A DNA stretch of 64,000 nucleotides from assembly GCA_963755125.1 (NCBI GenBank), contig CAVWIP010000017.1:320001-384000 (forward strand). Direction: 5' to 3'. The position numbers and the translations under genes are program-made. A model generated the notes under the pieces. The model saw nothing but the letters and a program-made list of their open reading frames with translations. It had not been told where the DNA came from and made no database searches. Position 1 is the first letter of the stretch, and the number at the start of each line of letters is the position of its first letter. The DNA is from an uncultured delta proteobacterium. Its GTDB lineage: Bacteria > Myxococcota_A > Polyangia > Fen-1088. Of the stretch, positions 20,769 to 31,000 are shown one piece after another.

Positions 20769-21761
20769 TTACTTCACCCACTTCAGCTTGGGCGAGATGA
20801 GGACGTGTTCCTTGGGCAGCCTGTCGAGCGCGGCCTTGTAGCTCTTGCTCTTGAACTTCTCCTGCTCTTTTTCGGCCGCCTCGCTGCTTTTCTTGCCCAT
20901 GCCGATGACCTGGAAGGTGAAGGCGGCGTGGGATGCGATCTGTTCCTGCAGCCGCGCCAGAATGTTGTCGAATTCTTCCCGGGTCACGCGGATCTTGACC
21001 GCCGGCTCATCCTTGTACACGCCGTTGAACCCCAGTTCCTTCAATCCGTCGACCTTGCTGAACATGCTGGTCATGAACTCGGCCCAGGTGCCAAGCGCGG
21101 AGTTCAGCTTCAGATCGGACACATACTCGTCCTTGCCCATCTCCAGATACGGGTAGGTGATCTCGACGGCGGCACGGGACGGGTCGAGTGTGTAGGTGGT
21201 CTTGTGAGTGAATTTTTCATCGTAACGAGCGACCTTCTTCTTCTCGCCGATGTGACAAGTGTCGTTGAGATCCTCTTGCAGCTCCTGCTCGCCACGCGTG
21301 CTCCAGATGTACGCGCGCTCCACTTGCTCGGGGAAGTCGTACTTCACCATGTTCTCGCAGCGGGGCGCCTGGTCTTTCTGTTCGCGGATGACCTTGGCGA
21401 TGACCGTGGCCTCACCGCCTGACTGGGCGTTGCTCTCGTTGGCGTACAGCCAGGCTTCGACGTGGATGGGCTCCAGGGGCGTACGCTTCATGGCATAGGC
21501 GTAGAGCACTTTGAGCGGGCCATAGATCTGATCACGTTTGGCAGGCTGGGTTAGCCCTGCGCGGAGCATGACCTTCAGGCCATCGCCGGGGCCCGACACG
21601 TCATCGGCCACGACTTTGAACTTCGCGACGCCCGCCGGGATGTCGGGCTGCTCGCAGCAGGGCGCGGGCCCTTCCGCCTTTTTCTCGCAGCTTGGAAGCA
21701 GAAACATCGCGGCAAGAATGGCCGCGGAAAAAGTAGACCTGCCGTGCATCCCTGGTTTCAT
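20769..21761 (-). CDS. Hypothetical lipoprotein
   Basis: Hydrophobic stretch then LPSC; Lys/Glu-rich body with typical GC3 codon use. Confidence 0.8.
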   Translation of the reverse strand: MKPGMHGRSTFSAAILAAMFLLPSCEKKAEGPAPCCEQPDIPAGVAKFKVVADDVSGPGDGLKVMLRAGLTQPAKRDQIYGPLKVLYAYAMKRTPLEPIHVEAWLYANESNAQSGGEATVIAKVIREQKDQAPRCENMVKYDFPEQVERAYIWSTRGEQELQEDLNDTCHIGEKKKVARYDEKFTHKTTYTLDPSRAAVEITYPYLEMGKDEYVSDLKLNSALGTWAEFMTSMFSKVDGLKELGFNGVYKDEPAVKIRVTREEFDNILARLQEQIASHAAFTFQVIGMGKKSSEAAEKEQEKFKSKSYKAALDRLPKEHVLISPKLKWVK

Positions 21762-21851
21762 GATGGGGACCTCCGTTGTGGGGAGAAGCAGAAGGCAGCA
21801 TACACAGAGAGGAGGGTCGGGGGAATCGCGAAAGGTCGGAGGAAGGTGGCC

Positions 21852-21881
21852 GATGCCGGTTCCGAATCCGAAACCGGCATC
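21852..21881. repeat. Perfect 10-bp inverted repeat within a run of CCG-led 6-7 bp repeats in a divergent intergenic region
   Basis: GATGCCGGTT-N10-AACCGGCATC. Confidence 0.6.
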
Positions 21882-22039
21882 CGGCTCCGGTCCCGGCCAA
21901 CCGGCCTCGTCTTTTCCACTTGCGGCAAACCGCGTCGGAGCCTCGCGGGATTCCAATTTGGAGCGACCCGAAAGAGGTTATAGTCAAGAGCCGCCCAACC
22001 AGTGGCTCATTCCGGGCGCGGGGGGCTTGGATCGCAACC

Positions 22040-25000
22040 ATGAACAACGACCTTTCGACCGCACTTGCGACGCTGAGATCGGACCCAGAAGATAGCCAGG
22101 CGCTTGCGTTGCTGGCTGGACTGCAACCAGGGGATGCGACGGCATCCGAGCGCGATGCTGTTCAGGTGGCGCTGGCTGCCGAACGAGCCTGGCACACCGA
22201 CCGCGAAAACGTGGAGCCATGTCTGCGCCTGCTCGACCTGGAGCTGGCGTGGGGGCAAGATCCGATTCGCCGCGCGACCCTGTTCGTCGAGAAGGCGCGC
22301 TTGCTCCACCGCGAGATGTGTCAGTGGGAAACCGCCCACGCATGCGTGAGGGAGGCGCTGGAGATCGCGCGCAACCACCCGGCGGCCGCCGAGTTCAAGC
22401 GGGTGCTCGAAGAAGAAGAGGCGGGGTGGCAGGAGCGGGCCGACGCGCTGGTGCGGCAGGCGGACGAGGTGGGCGACAGCCCGGGTGGGGCTCCCTTGCT
22501 GGCCGCGGCCGGCGAGCTTTACCTGCGCTACCGCCCGCTCACCAGCGAGGGCGAATCGTTGTTGCGTCGGAGCTTCGCCCTCGATGCTCACCAGCGCCGC
22601 GCTGACGTGCTGCTGGAACGCCTGCTCCGCGGGGCCGGGCGCAAGGATGAATTGGCCGAACACCTCCAGCGGCGCATCGCTGCTGCGGCTAGTCCCCAGG
22701 ACATCGCCGCAGCCCGAGCGGCGGCGGGCCGCCTGGCCGAGCAGATGAACCGGAGCGACCAGGCGCTCGATAACTACCGCGAGGTACTGGCGGCTTCTCC
22801 CGGCCACGAGCGCGCGCTGCACGGCGTGGCGCGCATCCTGACCGCGCGCGAGAACTGGGCCGAGTTGGTGACGGTGTACGAGACGGCGCTGCGCGCGGCC
22901 AAGCGCGGCGTGGCCGAGGGGCCCATCTTGATCGCTCTGGGCGAGATCTACTGGAAGCGCCTCAACCAGATCGCTCAGGCCGAGGCGTGCTTCCGGCGGG
23001 CTCGCAAGACCATGCCCGCCGTGGCGCCGGTGCTCGACTTCTACCGCGAGTACCACCTGTCGCACGACGAGTTCCCCCAGTTGTTCGCGCTGCTGGGTCA
23101 GGCCCAGAAGGCCGAAGCCGACCCCGAGGCGCGCGTGCGCTACGGCATCGAGATGGCCGAGTTGGCCGAGCAGCGGCCGCAATTGCTGGAAAAGGCGGTC
23201 GACGCCTGGAAGGCCCTGCGACGTCTCAAGCCGGGGCTGCCCGAGGCGGTGACCGCCTTGCGCCGCTTGTACACCAAGACCGAGAAGTGGAACGCGCTGC
23301 TCGAGCTACTCAAGGAGCGCTGCGAAGCACTTCCGCCCGACGCCGTGGACGAGAAGGTCGCGCTCTACCTGGAGATGATCCCCATCTACCGCGATCATCT
23401 CAAGCTGGACGTGATGGTGGTCAATACCTACGTGGCGATTCTCGGCCTGCGCCCCGATCATGCCGAGGCGCTCTCGGCGCTGGCTGAGCGCTATCAGGCG
23501 CAGGGGCGGTGGGGCGATTTGGCCAACATCTTGGCGCGCCAGGCGCAGTGCAGTTCGGAACTCGTCGAGAGGGTCGCCCTCTACCACCGCGTAGCGCACT
23601 TGTGGATGGACAAGTTCAACAACCACCACAACGCCGTGGCGGCGCTGGAGAAAGTACTCGAGCTGGTGCCCAGCGACGAGAAAGCGCGGGCCACGTTGCG
23701 CGAGATCTATGTGCGCGCGCGCTCCTGGCGTTCGCTGTTGGATTTCATGCGCCGCGAGCTGCCGCTTCTGGATGCGCCGGCCCGGCAGGCACGGCTGGCC
23801 GAGATGGCGACCCTGGCGGCCGAGCGCCTGGCCGATTTGCGCCAGGCTATCGGTTTGTGGAACGAGGTGCTGCAACTCGCGCCTCAGGATCGCGACGCGG
23901 TCGTGGCACTGTCCGCGCTCTACGAACGTGAGAAGCGCTGGCCGGCTTTGGCGGAGATTCTTGGGCGTCTGGCCGAGTCTGCGGGAGGGGATGCAACATC
24001 CGACGGGTGCGCCCTTTTGGAGAAGCGCGGCCTTACCTTGTTGGAGAGGTTGGGCGCGCCCGCTGCGGCGGTCGAGGTGCTTGCGCGCGTGCGGCGCAGC
24101 CAGAGTGAGAACCCGCGTGTCTTGCGCGCCCTGCGCGATGCCTACACCCAGATGGGTGACTTCGATACGCTTGAGGCCCTCTATGCGGGGCGGGGCGCTT
24201 GGGAAGAGCTGTGCGACGTGCTCTCGCAGGTGGCCGAACGCACCACCGATATGGTCTTGCGCGCCCGCCTGCTTGGTCGTGTTGCCGACGTGGCGCGCGA
24301 CAAGCTCAACCAACCCGAGCGCGTGCTCAAGGCCTACGAAGGTATTCTGGCCACCGACCCGGACAACCGAGCGGTGGCGCGGGCTGCGGCCGATCTGTAC
24401 GAGGCGAGCGAGCGCTGGGGTCGCCTGGTGGCGACCTACGAGATCATGCTGGGTCCCGAGTTGGCGCCGGCCCTGTCGCTAGGCGAGAGCCTGGCCATCC
24501 TGGAAAGGGCGCGCTTCATCTGCGAGACGAAGCTGGAAGCCAAGTCGCTGGCCTTCAAGTGGTGCGCCCGGGCTTACCGCCTGGCCCCCACCGATGCGGA
24601 CGTGCGCGCCGATCTGGAACGCATGGGCGAGGCGGCCGAAGAGTGGGAAGGGTTGCTGGGCCTGCTGGCCGCTCGGCTGGACAGCGAGGGCGAGGATCGG
24701 CCAGGTCCGGAAGAGCAACTTTCGCTTTTGCGCCGGTGTTTGTTCATTGCCGATGAGCGGGTCGATCGTCCCGACGATCTCAAGCGATTTGCCGAGCGCA
24801 TCCTGGCGCTGGTGCCGGGCGACGACGAGGCCGAGAACGCCCTGCTCAAGCTCTACACCAAGAGCGAGCGCTGGGCCGATCTGATCGCCTTGCAGCACGT
24901 GCGCCAGGCGCGCATGCAAGACCCCGATCTGCGCGCCGAGGTGTTGCTACGTATTGCGCACATGCAGGAGGAGCGTCTGGGTGACCGCACCGCCGCTGCG

Positions 25001-28000
25001 GCCACACTGCGCGAGGCCTGCGAGATCGAGCCGCAGAACATGCGTCTGCTGCGCGAACTGGTGCGCGTGCTGGACGCGGTGGGGGATGTTCGGGGTCTGG
25101 TCGAGGCACTGGCGCGCCAGGTGGGCCTGTGCGCCGACGCCGAGCGGGCCGTGGTTCTGCTGCGCATGGGGCGGCTGCTGGAGACTTCTCTGGCCCAGCC
25201 GGCGCGTGCCACCGACGCGTACCTGCAGACCCTGGAGGCTGACCCCATTTCGGCCGAGGCGGTCGAGGGTCTGGAACGGTTGTTTGCCGCAGGTGCGGTT
25301 CGCCAAGAAGACATCGCCAAGGTGGCAGGCCGGCTGCTTCCCTACTACGAGCTGACCGAACGCTTCGACAAGTGGGCGGGGATGCTCGAGGCCCTGGTTT
25401 CGGTGACCGCAGACCGGAACGAGCGGCGCGCGCAGCTGGAGCTGCTGGTCGATCTGTACCAAGGCCCACTGGCTGATGCGGTGGCCGCTTTTGGCACCGT
25501 GCTGCGGGTGTTTGAAATGGAGCCGGGCAATCCGTCTGTGCGCGAACGCTTGCTGGAATTGGGGGCGGGAGCAGACAAGCTGCCGACTCTCGCGGAGGCC
25601 GCGCGACGGGTGTTGGCTGCTACCGAGGAGCCATCCCTGCGGCAGGAAATCTTCATGCTCATCGCCGAGGTCGAGGAGCGCCAACCCGATCGCAAGGGCG
25701 AAGCGGAGGAGGCCCTGCGCGCGGTCCTGCAACTGGATCCGCTGCACATGGGAGCCTATCGCGCGTTGGCTCGGCTGGTGCGCGATGGTGAGCGTTGGGG
25801 CGCCTTGCGCGATCTGATCGAGGCGCGCGAGCAGCACCTGCCTGATGTGAAGGAACGGCTGGCTTTGCTGTGGCAGGCGGTCGAGATCGACGAGGCACTG
25901 CTCTACGACCGCGACCACACGACCGAGGTTCTGCGTCGAATTGTGCAGTTGGATCCGACCGACCTGCGCGCCTGTCGCGTGCTGGAACGCAACTATGCGG
26001 CGGCCGAGCGCTGGAGGGATCTGGATGACCTTCTCGTCCACGAGGCCGATCTGGTGCCGCAGGAGGAGTTGCCCGAGCTGAAACTGCGCCGCGCCGAGCT
26101 TGCGCTGGTGCGCTTCAACAACGCGGGTGAGGCACTGGATCTGCTGGCCGAGGTTCTTGCGTTGGCGCCTGGTCACGCTCGGGCGATCGGGCTCACCGAA
26201 CGGGTGCTCGACGATCCGGAACAGAGGCGGCGCGCGGCCATGATGCTGGAGCCGCTGTATGCGACGGCCGAGAACTGGACGCGCCTGGTGGAAATTCTCG
26301 ACATCGAGCGCGAGGGGCAAGAGGGACCAGCGGCGGTCGCGCTGTTGGTGCGCAAGGCCGAGGTACAGGAGACGCACCTGCAGGCACCGACCGCTGCCTG
26401 GGACACCCGGCGTGCGGTGCTTGAGTGTGACCCGCAGTCCGAGACGGCCCTGCTGCAGACCGAGCGGCTGGCCGGCATCCTCGGGTGCTGGAGCGAGCTG
26501 CAAGCGCTCTACCAGGATCTCGCGGGCAAGCGCGATCCCTCGGATATCGGGGGTATCGCCGAGTTGCTATCGCGCGCGGCCCGGCTGTATCAGGGCCCGC
26601 TGGTGGATCGCGGCGCAGCCATTCGCACCTGGCGGCGTGTGCTCGACCTGGACCTCAGCAACGCGCGAACCGGCGTGGCGGCCGCCGCGGCGTTGGAGAC
26701 TCTCTACGTCGAGACAGGGGACATCCAGGGCCTGGTCTACGTGCTACGGGCCCGGAGTGAGTGGGCCGAGGATCGGCGCGAGCAGGCCGCCCTGGGCCTG
26801 CGCATCGCCGAGTTGGAGGAGAACTCCCTGCGCAATATTCCGGCGGCTGTGGCCACCTACCGCAGCTTGCTCGACAGCGAAGGGGAGGCGGCCGACAAGG
26901 CATTCGAGAGCCTGGAACGTATCTTCCAGCAGGCGGGTCAGGCACGCGAGCGGGTCGAGCTTCTGCGCCGCCGGGCGGACGCAGTCGACGCGGTGGCTCG
27001 GAACCAGTTGCGTCACCGCATGGCCGCCATTCTGGAAACCGAGCTCCACGATGTGGACGAGGCCATCGCCACGGTCAGCCCGGTGCTCGACGACACGCCC
27101 GACGATGTCGAGGCGCTCAAGACCCTGGCGCGCCTCTATCATAGCAAAGGGGCGGCGGCCGAGCACCTCGAGATCCTGGAGAGGCTGCTCTTGTTGGCAG
27201 GTTCCGACCGGGAACGCATCGATCTATTGCGCGCCATAGCCGGGCTTCTGCAGGGGCCGCTCGGCCGGCGTACCGAGGCGCTGGAACGTTGGCGGGAGAT
27301 TCTCAGGCTGGCTCCCGGCGAAGCCGACGCGTTGGCCGAGATGGAGCGCCTGCTGGACGACGCCGACGTGGCTTTGCGTTTCGCGGCCGCGGAAACCTTG
27401 GAGCCCATCTATCGGGCAGCCGGTGATGGGCCGCGCCTGGCGCGCGTCCTGCGCGTCTTCATCGATCTGGCCGAGGACGCGCGGGCACGGGCTGGCTACC
27501 GGGCCCACCTGGCCGAGATCGAAGAGAGCAAGCTGGGCGACAAGCAGGCTGCCCTGCAAACCTGGGCCGCCGCGATTCGCGATGGAACCTCCGATCCCGA
27601 CCTGGGACGGTTACTCGACAACTACGAACGACTGGCGCTGGCAGCGGGCATCGAAAACGTGATCGAGATCATCGATCTCTATCGCGCGGTGGAGCCCGAC
27701 GTCCTGGCCGAGGAGACGCGTCTGCGGGTGCAGCGGGCCATCGCCGAGCACGCCCTGAGCCTGGGCGATCTGCCGCTGTCCATCGACTACTTCAGCCGCA
27801 TCGCCGAGCGACGTCCCGATGACGACGCGGCCCTGGCGGCCCTGGAACAAATCTACCGCCAGCAGGAGAATCTGGCCTCGCTCTACGAGGTCATCTTGCG
27901 GCGGGCGGATCTGGCCGACCTACCCAGGACCGAGGTGCCCCTGCGGCGCGAGGCGGGCAGCCTCGCGGTTCGTCTGGCCAGGAAGGACGAGGCCATCGCA

Positions 28001-31000
28001 GCCTGGGAGCGGGTGTGGACGTTGTTGCCGGGTGACGCGGAAGCGGTCGCGGCGCTGGATGCTCTCTACGTCGAGTTGCGTCGCTGGGACGATCTGGTGA
28101 ATCTGCTCGAACGCCGGCTGGAACGGGATCTCAGTCGGGACCAGGACATCGAGTTGCGTTTTCGACTGGCGGAGATCCAGCGTATCGAGCTGGCCAACCG
28201 CGAGCGCGCCCTCGAATATCTGGGCCAGGTCTTGGAGCGGGAACCGGACCACGCACCCAGCATCCAAATCTTGCAAGATCTGCTGGAAGACCCCGAGGCG
28301 CGCATGACGGCCGCCACCCTGCTGGAGCCGGTCTATATCCGGCGCAGCGCCTGGAAGGAGTTGGTAGCGATCGACAGTTTGCGACTCAAGTACAGCGAGG
28401 ATCCCGAGCAGCGTCTGACCTGGACGCAGCGGATCGCGCAGGTCTACGAGGAGCAGATCGAGGATTTGGACGAGGCCTTCAGTTGGTACGGACGCGTGTT
28501 CCAGGAGAAGGCCACCGAGCGGACGGCCTTGGAGCAGTTGCTGCGGCTGGCGCCCAAGCTGGGTCGCTGGCGTGACGTGGGCAAACTGCTCGACGAGTTC
28601 CTCGAAAACGAGCTGTCCAACCCCGACGAGGTGTTGGCGCTGGTGCGCGTGGCCATTCGAGTCTTCGACCACGAGTTGGACGATCGCGAGGCTGCCCGTC
28701 GGCACTACCGGCGCTACCTCGAGGCTCAGCCGGGCAACCGTGCGGCGGCCGAGCTCTTCGAGGAAGCACTGGAGCGCTGGGAGGCGTGGACAGAGTTGCG
28801 CGACCTGCTCGACGAGCAGGCGCGCCTGGTGGAGTCACCCGCGGAACGCGCCGATCTCTTGCGTCGCAGCGCCCGCATCAGCGAGGAGAACCTGTCGCAG
28901 GCTGGCGCCGCGGTGGATTCCTTGCGCGCCGTTTTGGAGATCGATCCCGACGACGCGTCGGCGGCCGCATCGCTGGAGCAGTTGCTGGCCGCCGAGGAGC
29001 GTTGGGAGGATCTGCGAGACCATTTGGTCTGGATGTTGGGACGGGCGGAGAGCGTGACCGCGAAGGACGCCATCACCCTGGAACTGGCCGAGGTCGAGGG
29101 CAAGCGCCTCGGTCATGCGTCGGTCGCGGTCGACTTCTACGGTGAGGTGTTGGGGCGTACCCCGAGCCACGCCAACGCCATCGCGGCGCTGGAGGGCATG
29201 CTGGGGGATGCTGAGCAACGGGTGCGGGTGGCCGAGTTGCTGGAACCCGCCTACCGGACCGTGCGCAACCTGCGCAAGCTGTCCGATATCCTCGAGGTAA
29301 GGCTGGAGACCATTGAGGATCCACCTCGCCGCGTGGCCGCCTTGCGCGAAAAGGCGGCTGCGGAAGTCCAGCTCGGTCGTCCCATCGAGGCTCAGGCCGC
29401 GCTGGGACGGGCCTGGCTCGAGGACGTGTCCGACAGCTTGACCCTGGCCGAGTTGGACGGGTTGGCCGCCGCCGCCAGCGGCTGGCAGCAGTTGGCCAGC
29501 ACCCTGGATAAGGGCATTGAGGCGACCTTGCTTCCCGACCTGCGCGCGGATCTGTATGCGCGCAAGGCTAAGATCCTCGAGGAGCGGCTGGCCGCGCCCG
29601 ATCTCGCCGTCGAGGCGTGGCGGGAAGCGATTGCCTCACGTCCCGATTATCAGCAGGCATTTGCCGCCATCGAGCGCCTGCTCGAGGCCGCAAGCCGCTC
29701 GGCCGAGCTGGCCGAAATCCTGGAGAGGCATGCCGAAGTGGCGGTCGAGGCGCGTGAGCGCGAGCAACTGACCAAGCGAGTCGCCGTGCTGCACGAGAAG
29801 GTGCTCGGGCAGCCGGAAAAGGCCATCGCGGCCTGGCGCTCGGTGCTGGATCTGGACCAGGAGGACGTGGAGGCGCTCGATGCCCTCGAACGCCTGTACA
29901 GCGAGCTAGCCGACTGGACCAGCCTGGCCGAGGTGCTGCGGCGGAAAGCCGAGGCCTGTCACGATGTTGGGACCTTGCGCCGGCTGTGTTTCCAGGCGGC
30001 CCAGCTTCACGACGAGAAGCTGCACGACGCCTCGGAGGCGGCCAGTCAACTGCGCGCGATTCTCGACATCAATCCCGACGACGCCGAGGCGCTCGAGTTC
30101 ATCGGCCGCATCTACGCCCGCGAGGGCAAGCACGCTGAGTTGGTCGAGGTGCTCGACGCGCGTGCGCGCGGGGCCGCCAGTGTCGAGGAGCGAGACGCGC
30201 TCGCGCTGGCGGCTGCCCGCCTGGTGCAGGCGGAACTGAGCGATGTGGCGAGCGCTGTCGAACGATATCGCACCATCCTGGAGCGGACGCCGACGCATGA
30301 GAAGGCACGCGCAGCTCTGTGGGACCTGGCGCGCCAGGAGGACCACCGGGCGACGGCCATTGCCGTGTTGGAGCCGCTGCTGCGGGCGGGACAGGAATGG
30401 CGCTCGCTGGGGGAGTTGCTTGAACTCCGCCTGCTCGGCGAGGATGAACCCGGGCGGCGCCTGGCAACCTTGGCCGAGATTGCGCGGGTTGCGGAGCAGT
30501 GCCTCGGCGACGGGGCGGCAGCTTTTTCCACCTGGGCCAGGGCTCTGGCAGAGGACGCGGGGGACGCCAGCGTGCGCACGGCTCTGGAACGGCTGGCGGA
30601 GGCACAAGGCGCACTTCCCGAGTTGGCCAAGATCTACGAGGAGCGCCTGAAGGGCAGCTACGACACCGAGGTGCAACGCTGGCTGGCCTCGCGCTTGGCT
30701 GTACTGTACGAGCAATCGCTGGCCAACCCGGCACGCGCGGTCGAGTTGTGGCGCGAGGTGGCCGGCATGCCGGGCGGCGAGGCCGAGGCGCTGGGACATC
30801 TAGAGGTTGTGCTGCGCGGGCTGGGGCGAAACTCCGATCTGGAAGAGGTGTTGGCCCGCCGGGCCGAGATCGCGGTGCAGGGGACAACCCAGGCCGATTT
30901 CTTGGCTGACTTGGGCGAGCTGCGCCTGCACCATCTGTCCGATCCCGACGGAGCCATTGACGCCTTCCGGGCTGCGCTGGAACGCGTGCCGACCCAGGGC